Positions 27,937-40,193 of a stretch of DNA of 64,000 nucleotides are shown here, piece by piece. The stretch covers positions 729,607 through 793,606 of the forward strand of contig RDEW01000001.1 of the NCBI GenBank assembly GCA_011109175.1, read 5' to 3'. The number at the start of each line of letters is the position of its first letter. Position 1 is the stretch's first letter. Position numbers and translations under genes: made by a program. Under the pieces are notes generated by a model. The model saw only the letters and a program-made list of their open reading frames with translations. It made no database searches and was not told the origin of the DNA. This stretch comes from Dicyema japonicum (Eukaryota > Animalia > Dicyemida).

Positions 27937-28452
27937 ATGCGAGATTATTATGACGAGTACTTTGGATTTATCCCCGAGGATGACACAGATGAAAGTAACT
28001 TTGATTTTTATTCTCATAGTGGTTGAATTAACGGAAGAAGATCATGAAAACCTGAAAAAAAACTTACTCCCACTTAGAATCGAGGTACTTAATCTAAGTT
28101 ACCGAATAAGACCAATTCCGATGAGGATTGGACTGACTTTACCGAGGATTCCCACAACAATTATATAGCGTTTATGGAAGACTTCATGTGTCCATCATTT
28201 GAACATTCTGTCTCAGATGTGGATCCAATTTCGTCAATTTTTAAGATCCCGTTCAACGTGGCGGTCCAGTGTGATAAAGAAAGCGACAAATATACTACAG
28301 AATGCGACCCTACTGACAATGAGCAGAGTGAATTTGTGGAAAGAGCCTCTCAGGTTTGCTTTGTGGTCACCTAGACTACGCTTGATGTCAGCAATGATAA
28401 TGCTGTAATAAGGACCTTGAAAAGTGTATTGGGAAAATGCAGTCTTTTTTGA
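27937..28452 (+). CDS. Spliced orphan gene encoding an acidic protein of about 148 aa (3 introns; an optional 4th at 28405-28424 would end the CDS at 28463)
   Basis: ATG 27937; GT-AG introns 27995-28019 (25 nt), 28085-28110 (26 nt) and 28354-28374 (21 nt) join into a stop-free frame MRDYYDEYFGFIPEDDTDEMVELTEEDHENLKK...TNSDEDWTDFTEDS...ERASQTTLDVSNDN. Confidence 0.55.
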
Positions 28453-30431
28453 ATGACAATTAGTCCTTTTTGTTTTTTGTTAGATTTGCTTTTATATTTG
28501 AATTCGATGATTTTTAGTCCGGTAGTATAGTTTTTTTACTGATGCTCCCTAACGACCGTGGACCATTCTACGGAGACATGGATTGGGAGCTGTCTAGAGA
28601 GGGAGAATGTGAGATGGAGTATGGGAGTTTGTTGTAACAGGACAGCAAAGGAGGGTGACGCTGCTGTTGATTTTTCAGGTTGCACCGCTTTGGCATGGCA
28701 GTGCAATAGTGAAAGTGTATTGGTGGTGACTTACCTTAATTTCGGGATATGTCTATGCAGCTTGATGAGATGTGAAAGTCTTATTGTTAAATGGAAGACT
28801 CTGAAAACTTGGATACACTAAGCTTTGAACTAAAAAAATGTCGGACATTCAACATTTTCGAGTTCGAATTGGTCATGTTCTCATTTTACTTGTGGCAAGC
28901 TTGATTGAAGCTAACGTGTGATTGATGCTAATATGTGACATGCTGGAATGGTTAACATCACCATTTCGATTGATCGAAAGGTTATATAATAAAGTAAGAG
29001 CTATGAGGACAAGGGGACCGAATTTCATTTAGTATTTCATCTTGTCCGCTGGATTTTAATCTCTGTAAGTGAGAAAGTAACTAGATAGCGAAAACACCAT
29101 TGTTTCAACCAGGATATTTTTATAGAGTGACTATTTTTAGAACTGAAGTTCATTAAATTATTGAGTCTTTTGTTGTCTTCCAGTTTGTTAAAATCCCTGA
29201 AGCTTGCTGCTACGTGGGCCGGTTATTGAAGCTGACGACTCAGATTGAATGATGATAAGTGGAAGTAACATGTCAATATTTCTTCCTCTAATAATGCAAA
29301 AATTCTGAAAACACGTCGATTTTGGCTTTCAAAATTGATAGTTTTTAGACTCGTTCGACTACTTCATCAAAAAGAAGTACAATAAGAATTTCAAAATTAT
29401 TTAAATCATAAATTACGATTTTACTTTGATCGGTAATTACTCATGTTGTGGTCACTCGCCATGTAGAAACAATACCTCCAAAATCAAGCCATTGGAATCT
29501 TTCTTTATTGGATGGTCCTCTTCTAACAAATTTGTGGCCAAACGAACCAGAGGAAGTTCAAAATCAAATGCAAAAATTTCTGGCATCGGGGTTACTACAG
29601 CTTAATCTGACGANAGAAACAATACCTCCAAAATCAAGCCATTGGAATCTTTCTTTATTGGATGGTCCTCTTCTAACAAATTTGTGGCCAAACGAACCAG
29701 AGGAAGTTCAAAATCAAATGCAAAAATTTCTGGCATCTGGGTTACTACAGCTTAATCTGAAGAAGGCCAAATCCTTCTGTAGCTGGACATGTCCGTCGTT
29801 CTCGGGAACTCTTGGCAGGGGAGAAAGCCTTTTTCTCTATCTGGATTCGACCTATTAGATGTTGATGGACTCCTCCATCGTCTTGACTAACTCGTATCCT
29901 GGAGGGTCATCTAGTTTAGGATTCCAAGATTAGTTGCCACCTCTTACTTTTCAAAGTTAATCATTGGGACCATCGAGGACGACATTAATAAAAAAGGCAT
30001 TTGAATTGATTGATAAACATGTTTCAGGGTTAATGGAAATTAAATAAACGGAATTGAAAATAATGGGACTTTATATAATGGAAATGATGAAATTGAAGGG
30101 ATATGTTTAAAAGATTCAATAAGAATGATGAATATCTCGAAACTTCTTTATTCAATACTTGCCATGAAGGCTCAAAGAATACTATGAATTAAGAATAAAA
30201 ATTTTAAAGATTCTAAGAAATAAGTACAATAATGAGTTCAAAATAACTGATTATTTTTCATTAAATAAATTAAATCCTCTTTTTAGAATAGTATGAATTC
30301 AGAATAAAAATTTTAAAGATTCTAAGAAATAAGTATAATACTGAGTTCAAAATAACAGATTATTTTTCATTAAATAAATTAAATCCTCTTTTTTTAGAAA
30401 CAGCATATTTTGTTAATAAAAAATACAAATA

Positions 30432-30916
30432 CTGTAAAGTCTCTCGAATCCGCCAATTTCGGGAATCGGCAAAATCTGGTCTATTCGAGAGACTTGTTGA
30501 TTTTTTCGTCCATTAATAATGTAAATCCAAAAAATTATTTATAAACAAAAAATTCAGTAAGTTTTGATTTGTTTCTTTCGGGTCATTGAAGATCCAAGCT
30601 TTTCAATAGACTCAAGATTTTAGACATTAAAGAATTCTTCTTGATTATAGAATTTTTTTAATTAATTGAGGCTAGAAAAGCCTCGTTAATAGTGACACCA
30701 TTCTGACTTTATTCAAGAGGTCTTTCACTATCAATTTCTTGTTCTATTTTCTCCGAATTATTCAAATCATGTTCTTCATTTTCATTGTAGTCAACTTCGA
30801 TATAAAGTCTCTCTTCTAAAGGATCACTTATGTTCATTTTGTCTAGAATATATTCTAATTTTTAATAACAGGGTTTTCATAATAGTTATAATTGGCGAAT
30901 CCGAGAGACTTTACTG
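30432..30916 (-). mobile_element. Non-autonomous Tigger/pogo element (MITE) carrying the transposase C-terminus
   Basis: TA|CTGTAAAGTCTCTCGAATCCGCCAATT ... AATTGGCGAATCCGAGAGACTTTACTG|TA inverted repeats with TA TSD; internal acidic E/D-rich ...EAFL...KFY...KQIKTY segment. Confidence 0.85.
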
Positions 30917-31121
30917 TAATAGATAAAAAAACTGTGATCATATTAAAAAAACTGTGATCCTGTCTGGCGTAACCATAAAAAAAGTTGAAAATGCAGAAGA
31001 CCTTGACTACTTAAAAGAGAAAACAAGAAAAGAGCTTCTTAAAAGAGGATAATTACGAAATTATTATGAAAGTGCTTGGGAGCATTTAAAATAAAAAAAA
31101 CAACGAGAAAATTAATAGCAG

Positions 31122-32416
31122 TTAAAGAACAGGAAGATATTCCATTGATCTTATATTTCGGCATTTAATAACAAATGTGATGAGTCCGATGATTGTAAGT
31201 GCGAGAAAAGAGAACATAATTCCTATAATTATAAAATTTTTTGAATCATTAGAATTTGTATTTTTTCCAGGAGTTACTTTTTCAAAACACTCTGACTCTA
31301 AAATTCAGGAAAAATCAAACCTTTTCCAGTATAATGGGAATTAAACTCACTCTGAAGAATTTGTGCCTTAAATGATGAAAACTCAGCATATATGTCATCA
31401 GAAAATTTAGTGAGAGACAATTCGAAGTTACAGGAATTTCCAACATCAATCAATTTGGTTTTATTAGGACTCCAAGACCCGTTATAGATATTATTGATGA
31501 CTATCTGAATTTTGGAAATATAATATTTGTTTTGAGACAAAATAAATGTAAAAAGTATCTCAAATTAAAACTCCTTAAGAGATAACACAACACTATTGTT
31601 ATCAAAGTTAATCTTCGAATTCAGATTCTCGAAAACTAACAAATTATCAATCTAATATTAAAATATACAATTTACAATTTCTACAGTGTGATTATAAAAA
31701 AAGGTGATTCTAAAATGCCCACTTAATATTCCTTTCAGTCGATTTTCCGCAATAAAATACCAATATTGAACATTTGGATCGTTAGATGGATCACAGTCAT
31801 GTGCTAAATTAAATTATGTCAAACCTTTTCCAATAAAATATGGATTTGATTGTTTAATGTAGTATTCTATCACCAAAGAATATAATGTGAGAATATTACC
31901 ATTCTCAAAACTTACGGACATATATCCGCATCTGTAATAATCTCCATGTTTAATATTTGGTAGATTTGTTGTATTTGTGTAGGTTTTATTATCTTTGAGT
32001 GTTAACTATTAAATACTAGAATTTAATTCTATTTTTATTGAAATGTTGTAAAATTTGTCTGAGAATTCAATAAAAAATTGGTAGATCAAATTATTTGTTT
32101 TGATTGTAATTGGCATTTTATCATAAAAGTGGTGAGAAATAGTTTTAATTGAATAATTGTTTGTCTACCATTATTATTCATAAAATACATTTGTAAGTGT
32201 ACTTTTCAATACACTTTTAAAATATACTGACATTGGATGTTTAAAGTCGAAATTCCTGATTGAGGACAAAAATATTAACAACAACATAATATGTAAAATG
32301 AACACGTTATAAAATACATTTGTAAGTGTACTTTTCAATACACTTTTAAAATATACTGACATTGGATGTTTAAAGTCTAAATTCGTGATTGAAGACAAAA
32401 ATATTAACAACAACAT
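31122..32416 (-). pseudogene. LAMP-like glycoprotein cassette gene, copy 1 (one premature TAA, exon 1 tandemly duplicated)
   Basis: Same 6-exon structure as 42955-44119; in-frame TAA at 31565-31567; ATGs at 32416 and 32287 (129-bp duplication); ends KCRNIRSMEYLPVL*. Confidence 0.85.
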
Positions 32417-33985
32417 AATATGTAAAATGAACACGTCGATGTGTATAATTTAGGTCACTCGTTATATTATTGAATTTATTTTTAATAATTAAAAAAATGA
32501 TTTTTATATTAATTTTATAATTACACTTATTTTCATGAATTCATTAATCAAGAAAGTCCTACACCATAATGCAAAGTTATACGTCTTTAAGAATTTCATG
32601 GTATTTTATCGTAATCCACCAAAAGTCCTTCGGTTTTGGCGGAATTTTTAATGATCGAAGAAAAACTTAATCAGCGATATTCGTAAATGATCAAAACAAC
32701 TATTTTATCGCACAATCGAATAAATATTTGTTACCAAATGATTTAATATATCTTTAAATTGTAAACGTATTTCCTTTAATTCGTCAGGGGAAATGGGTTC
32801 TCAATTATGAGACTGGCCACTAGTAGTTAACTGCTTGTTTTTGTATTAAACCGTTTTTATTTAAAAAACTTGTTACCAAATGATTTAATATATCTTTAAA
32901 TTGAAAACATATTTCCTTTAAATCGTCAGGGGAAATGGGTTCTCAATTATGAGACTGGCCACTAGTAGTTAACTGCTTGTTTTTGTATTAAACCGTTTTT
33001 ATTTAAAAAAATATTAATACTAGGAGAATATTCTGAAGTGAATTGAATATAAAAATTAAAGCCAGTATTAACAAATAATACAGATATTCATTAATAGGTG
33101 GCATAAAAGGAATTCATACACAAATCGTTAATTCATACACTAATTCATTAATAAATTTTTGCTGCTTTTATGTGCTAAAGTGGATAGGATAAGATAGTAA
33201 ATTGGTTTATTCGNCAGGGGAAATGGGTTCTTAATTATGAGACTGGCCACTAGTAGTTAACTGCTTGTTTTTGTATTAAACCGTTTTTATTTTAAAAAAA
33301 TTTTAATACTAGGAGAATATTCTGAAGTGAATTGAATATAAAAATTAAAGCCAGTATTAACAAATAATACAGATATTCATTAATAGGTGGCATAAAAGGA
33401 ATTCATACACAAATCGTTAATTCATACACTAATACATTAATAAATTTTTGTTGCTTTTATGTGCTAAAGTGGATAGGATAAGATAGTAAATTGGTTTATT
33501 GGTCGGGCCTCTATTCCTTAAATGTCTAATTAATGACATACTAAGTCTCCCGGTGGTATGAATATAAGGATTTGTTTTTTCTCAAATCATAGCGAAATTA
33601 GCAGAAAGGTCACGAACAATGAAGCCAATGACAATTCCATCTAAACTTGAATGTTTTCATAAACTCATTTTATTAAAATTATACAATTTTATTTATTTAA
33701 CAGTTCTTACGGAAGGAGCATGTATTGTTTCCATTACTTAAACCTCACCTTAGGCAAAAGTCACACTTTATTTTAAGAGTAGAAGCAGTAGTGTGAATTA
33801 ATCAAAAGCATATCTAAGACATTGAAAATTTTCTTGACTTTTTTTTGTTTGTGAGTCCCAGAAGACAATTCAGTTCCGAGTGATGACATGCTCGCTGATA
33901 ACGGCGTCACTCGTTAACCCTAATTTTATTTTTGTTATAATTTGGGCGATTTTTTTGACTTTATAAATGCGAAATTTTGACCTAA

Positions 33986-35399
33986 AATCCGCCAATTTAG
34001 GGGATCATCAAAATCTGGCCTATTCGAGAGACTTATTGATTTTTTCGTCCATTAATAATGTAAATCCAAAAAAATTATTTATAAACAAAAAATTCAGTAA
34101 GTTTTGATTTGTTTCTTTCGTGTCATTGAAGATCCAAGCTTTTCAATAGACTCAAGATTTTCGACATTAAAGAATTCTTCTTGATTATAGAATTTTTTTA
34201 ATTTATTTGAGGCTAGAAAAGCCTCGCTAATAGTGACACCATTCTGACTTTCTTCAAGGGGTCCTTCACTATCAATTTCTTAAAGAATTCTTCTTGATTA
34301 TAGAATTTTTTTAATTTATTTAAGGCTAGAAAAGCCTCGCTAATAGTGACACCATTCTGACTTTCTTCAAGGGGTCCTTCACTATCAATTTCTTGTTCTA
34401 TTTTCTCCGAATCATTCAAATCAAGTTCTTCATTTTCATTGTAGTCAACTTCGATATAAAGTCTCTCTTCTAAAGGATCACTTATGTTCATTTTGTCTAG
34501 AATATATTCTAATTTTTAATAACAGGGTTTTCATAATTTATATTTTCAATGTTTTGAATTCATTTTGCGTGCATTTGAATATTAAGAACTATCTACTTTT
34601 TTTAAGCATTGACTGAAAATCTGTCTTTCAATACTTAATAACCTGATTTAAAGTTACTACAAACACTTTTGGACTGTATCATATTGTAAAATAAACCAGT
34701 TTCGTCGGCATTATAAACATTGAGCTCCATGGAGATTGATTTTATTTTTGATTAATTCAATAAAATCTGATACCACATTAGGCTCACAATTTAAAGTTGC
34801 AGATTTTCCATGCATTTTTCATAACTTAAAACCATTCCTCTTTTTAAATTTAACAAGCTACCTTTTGGTTCCTTTGAATCAGTGATCTTACGTTTCTATG
34901 CAAATATTGTGGCTATCTCAGTAATAATTTAATCGTTCAAAATGGCTCCTTTAACATTCATTGAATTAACCTAGGAAATCTTATCATAATGATTTCACTT
35001 CACTTTAAATATTCTTTGCGAGAAATGTCAGATCGTAGTTATTCAACATATTTTCAGATCCTCTTTTACTTCTCAGATCATCAGTGAATTTAAGAGAAAA
35101 AAGTGCATTATATTTTTTGGAAAAAATTTCTGAAATTTTTATTGAGAGTATTCAATATTCAATTCAATAAACTTTAAAATGGCAATTTTTGTTTGTTGTT
35201 TAATCGTGTGCAGCTACATTTCATAAAAACAACAATAAACAATGACAACGTGATAATAAGTTATTTTAAAAAATATTTAAAATTAAGAGACATGGCGGAT
35301 TCATTAAATAAATCTAGCGGATACAAGAAATTTTGTTAGAAAAAATGGCGGATTCGAGAATTTATTAGTTATAATCGGCGGATCCGAGAGACTTTACTG
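33986..35399 (-). mobile_element. Internally deleted Tigger/pogo transposon, one TIR truncated
   Basis: Ends GGATCCGAGAGACTTTACTG|TA; begins in TIR remnant AATCCGCCAATT; minus strand encodes VKFKKRNG...MHGKSA and NADETGLFY (CENP-B HTH/DDE motifs) and shares 34000-34540 with the MITE at 30432. Confidence 0.85.
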
Positions 35400-35659
35400 T
35401 AATTGTTTTAAAATGTAAGAATTATATATACTCTCTATATTTGGGGCACTTTTCTATTGGGGCGGGGTTGTACTGTAGATTGATTTGCTTTTCTTCATAA
35501 TAGTCGATTGTTTTGACAAATTATTGCGAAGCCACCTGTGTAGATGGCCTCTCTCCTTCTAACCTTGTTATGACAGCAACTAACCTAGACTCTTCTTCGG
35601 GGAGGCTAAAACCTTAAAGCTGAAGAAATACGTATGTCCCGGTGGACAGTTCATTTTTG

Positions 35660-36390
35660 ATCAGTATCCGTGGAGACTTCAAAATTTAAAAAAAGCAGGT
35701 CAATGATTCTGCTAGACAGAATCAGATCGCTCGTCGCGAAGAAAAATGATAAGAAGTTTAAAAAAATATGATAAATTCAAGGTCATTATACCGCACAATC
35801 GATTGTTACAATTCATATAGAAAGTTGCTCAATTTTAATATCATTCTCTTAAGCGATCTTAAAAAGAGATCTTCTAAGGCCCTATGACTTAACTTGTCTC
35901 GGCGACAACGGTCTGCTCATGAAATCTAATCAAAGGCTGTTGCAATTGGTTATTTAAAGTTCTCGAATACTAGCAATGCCTCCTTAACATTCAATGGGGA
36001 ATCTTATAATTTTGACTGCAAAAAGGTGTATGCAGATGCCACATTGCGATTCAGATTTTTTCAGAGATAAAAAAACTGTGATCATATTAAAAAAACTGTG
36101 ATCCTGTCTGGCGTAACCATAAAACAAGTTGAAAATGCAGAAGACCTTGACTACTTAAAAGAGAAAGCAAGAAAAGAGCTACTTGAAAGAGGATAATTAC
36201 GAAATTATTATGAAAGTGCTTGGGACCATTTAAAATAAAAAAAACAACGAGAAAATTAATAGTAGTTAAAGAACAGGAAGATATTCCATTGATCTTATAT
36301 TTCGGTATTTAATAACAAATGTGATGAGTCTGATGATTGTAAGTGTTAGAAAAGAGAACATAATTCTTATAATTACAAAATTTTCGAATC
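35660..36390 (-). repeat. Partial LAMP-like cassette (copy 4): TM/tail exon fragment 36266-36390 plus downstream flank
   Basis: Minus strand encodes ...FSFLTLTIIRLITFVIKYRNIRSMEYLPVL*; the flank matches 30920-31120, 44120-44560 and 54390-54845. Confidence 0.85.
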
Positions 36391-36769
36391 TCGAATGTTA
36401 CAAATTTTGAATGGAACGTAGACAAGTCTACATTGAGAGGGAACAAGGGAGTTAATAGTTAATTCCCAAACTAAGGAAATTAATAAAATTTTCAATTCTT
36501 AGAGGTTTCTTAGATTTTATTTGCAGTCAATAGGAAATTGAGGTTGAGATGGTGACGACATCTCTATTGCACAAATGTCTGAAACGAACTTAAAGCTCTT
36601 ATTATAATTAGCACTTTTACGAGAGCCATGATATCTATAGCCCCGCATGTACAGCAAAGAATATAAGAGAATTAGTTAGGTTGCTCCAAACTCTTCTGTT
36701 CTTAGCTAGAACCATCAGTGAGTCCAGATCGTTCTTCACGGCCTTCAAATCGTTTTATAAAACGACCGG

Positions 36770-39110
36770 ATGGACCCCACATCACTTGCAAATTTGGGAA
36801 TGGAATAATATTTTGTTGCAAGTGGAAAGAAATATTGGGGGCGCCCGCGTACTACGCTACCGGGGGAGCTAGATGAGGATCTCAAGGCAATCAACCGGAG
36901 GCTCGTGAGTGGGGAGAACCGAAACCGAAAACACTTTATTCAACAGGAATTAGGAATTAGCTTGGAGGTTATTTACGAGTCCGCCTATGCGGCCTGGACT
37001 CTTCCGATGCACCCCATCTCCATTTTAATCTCTTCCTAGCGTCGGATCCCTTGATCCTCTTTCCAAAATTTTTTGACTGGTGCAAGAATCTTGTTTTCTT
37101 TCGTACTTGGGACATCAAACAACTTTTTTCCCAAGGCCAACTTTATTGCTGACCTTCTCGACTTTTCCATGAGTAACATTATCCTATCTCTTTGGCGAGA
37201 GAAAAACCACGCTTCACATTCTTATAGTAGCTCCGGTAGAATAATCCTCATGAAGATAAACAAGAAGGTCTCCAAGCTTACGAAAAACTTGCTTGTACAG
37301 AGAAGCGCTTGTAGCGTCTTCTTCCTTCTTCGTCTGACATCCTCCATGAAGGAACCTCCTCCATCGATGACTATCCCGAGGTAGCGGAGTGAATTTACTT
37401 TTAGAATACAAAGCGAGTAGGGCTGCGTAGGATGTCTCCGTAGACGACTAACTCTCAAGTATCTGGACTTCTCAGTAAAGAGTCTCATCCCTCTCTTGGA
37501 GCACCAATCTTGCACTTGGTCAATGAATGACTTGATTCTTCTTTCCGATAGAGTTGACTTCCTCGACGTATTCGTAATCAGAATATCATCTGCGTATATT
37601 ATCAGTTTGGTGTTCGCATCCGACGGAGTAGGGAAATCAGACAGAAACACATTGAACAGAAGAACGCCCCTCTTCAATAGGAAATCCTTTGACATATTTG
37701 CCCCAACACGTATTCGGGAAGTACGTCCTGTTAAGAAATCTTTTATCTATGTGAAGAGTTTCTTTTGGATGTTAGCAGCCGCTAGCCTTGATAGGAGGGC
37801 TTTATGCCACACCCTATCGAGGCCTTGGACAGGTCCAAACACACCAGGTTGATTTGCCTCTTGAATTCCAGACCTCTCAGTACCATCGAATGCATGTGAT
37901 GGATACAATCCGTGCAGGATTTTCCGGGTCTGAAGTTACATTGTTCCGCGAGGAGGAAACAGGTCTCTTCCATGTGTTCGTTTAGTCTCTTTAAGATAAT
38001 TCTCACAGCAATCTTGGAGATAGAGCAGATTAGGCTGATTGGCCTATAGTTGAGGGGGTCTCTCCCCGACTTTCCTGATTTAAGTATCATCCTGACAATA
38101 GAGATTTTCCAGCGTCTTGAAATATATTCATGATCAATGCTTGCGTTGAATAAGTTTTTCAGCACGAGCAGCAGATCTTCTTGACCTTCCTTGAACATTC
38201 TCATGCTAATATGGTCATGTCCAGGGCCGTTAGCTTTGCATGCTCTAATAGCAATAACGATGTCCTCTTGGTTATTTTCATATCAGTATCTTTGAGATTG
38301 TCCGGGGAGTAAGTAAGAAGTTCTTTTGAAGCTCTCAACTCTTCCCTCGGGATCAGCTCCGTCGGGTTGACTCCCTGGATACGGTCTAGTTGCTTCTTAA
38401 AAATATCTGGGACTTCTTCCATAGAATATGATCCACCTTCCGGTTTGTTCAGAAAGATTTTCATATCAGTTCTCTTCTGGCCTGTTATTCTTTTGTAGAT
38501 CTTCTAGAACGAACGGTCTTTGGTTTTAGTTTGCTTCCTTCGACCCTCCAACATTGTTCTATTGCCAGTCATGTTCCCTCTTCAATGGCTTTTTTGATTA
38601 TCTTTAGTTGACCAGTCAATGTAATCCATCCAGTCTACACATCTTCTGAGTTCGTTCCTCAGTCGGTTTATTTCTTTAATCATAGATAGCGTAGAAGGAG
38701 AGAAATTAATGCTCTTCTTATAAATGGTACCGGGGAGTCTCCTCCTGGCGTAAAGTGATATGTATATCTCCATCACAATTGAAAGGTCTCTGTCTATGTT
38801 GTCAATATCACTTCGGGGATAAGGCCCCTCCTTCCAGTTTTTGAGGTTTCTAGATATGTATTTTCTATAGTGTCCCCAATTCAGTCTAGTAGCCTGTGAA
38901 CAATGACTCCGTAGTGTCCGGAGTCAAGTTCAGTGACATCTCTTGAGGGATGTGGTCGCTCCCGATTTCCCACATGATCATCGGTCTTTCCACATAAGTG
39001 TAGAGAAGTTGTGACACCAGGAACACCCCAGGCATGTCTCCCCCGTAGTATGAGAAGTGATTCGGCTTCTCTAACGTCATAATCTCGAAGCCAGTCATTT
39101 CGCTCAATTT
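36770..39110 (-). mobile_element. Degenerate Jockey/CR1-like LINE ORF2 (endonuclease, RT, C-terminus)
   Basis: LKNLFN...WKISIVRMILKSGK...NYRPISLICSISK...FRPGKSC; LLFNVFLSDFP...YADDILI; YLGIVID. Confidence 0.9.
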
Positions 39111-39130
39111 TCTTAGCCTGATTCCATNAC

Positions 39131-39292
39131 TTCTTTTTTTCTTTTTCTTCTGTGTGGGTCTTTTTTAGACTATCCAGTTGCGCAGTGAATGTCCACTGAT
39201 GACGGGTTCATTTGTCAAGCCTTTTTAACATCGTAGATAGGTGGAACCTTTCACCAGGTGAACAGCTGCGAGAATCTATGCCACCCGGAAAT
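39131..39292 (-). mobile_element. SINE family A copy (5' truncated)
   Basis: CGCAGCTGTTCACCTGGTGAAAGGTTCCACCTATCTACGATGTTAAA...GACCCACACAGAAGAAAAAG matches 51590-51730. Confidence 0.8.
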
Positions 39293-39830
39293 TTAATCAG
39301 TCATATTTAATTAAAAAAACAAACAAACAGTATTTCCCAGATTTCATTAAATTTTGATTTTCAATAGATTGACGTGATTAAGAATAACTAGACAACTGCT
39401 AAACCTTGTGCATATTGATGATTTTCTGTATTAACATTTTAGCATTAAAAATTGATTTTGCTCATTACTAAGTACACCATTGAACAATAAATTGCTTCCG
39501 TTGTACATCGTGAGACTCTGTAGTAGTGTAGGTTAAGTATTTTAGTTTAATCAAAGGGACAATTTATAAACATCATTTGAAATGTGTTAGATATGAATCT
39601 ATGTTATATTTATAGATTTCTGGAATCGTGATGAATTTTTTAACCTCGTCTTCAATTAAGGTTGTTAACTAAATTATATTGGTTAATAAAGTTATATTTA
39701 TAATGACTATACAAATCGAATTCAGGTGCGAGAAGAAAATCATAGTTTCTAACGCAAAAATAAAAACAAGAAAATGCGAAATCGAGAAACTATAGATTGT
39801 AATTTCATTAATTTGACCAAAGGACAGGTC

Positions 39831-40193
39831 TCATTTACGGTTTCCATATAGGTGGAAATCAAGTCGGAAGGAGCCCGGTCCTCTGTGGTTCATCCTCATA
39901 GATCCGTACTGGTCATAGTATTGTAGAACGTTTGCAATCTTTATCGCACTCATAGTAGAATCGACTGTGATCAATAGAGTCCGGTTATCTATAGGATCTG
40001 CTTTCATTGGTTCGTCTGTAGGTTTGGCCACTTCCGCGGGCTCGTGTTTCGTAAGATCATTTGCAGGTTTAGCAGGTTCTGCCTTGTACGGCGTCTTGTT
40101 ATCCAAAGTGAATAAATCAGCCGTAGCACTTCCCGAAGGACGAGAAGTGCTGCTGGCTTTCGTGGTCGTTCTTTTCTCTTTAGCAGTAACCAT
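39831..40193 (-). mobile_element. Possible ORF1 start of the LINE at 36770-39110
   Basis: 120-aa S/T/P/K-rich ORF on the same strand and upstream of ORF2; assigned by position only. Confidence 0.3.

Noticed and set aside
29448-29858. 136-aa ORF with an internal 54-aa repeat
   Set aside because: The repeat is the N29613 overlap artefact; the remaining sequence has no recognisable family
32535-32660. Divergently transcribed gene upstream of the LAMP-like gene (MNSLIKKVL...)
   Set aside because: The frame stops after about 38 codons, and earlier in copy 3; no consistent splice pattern across copies
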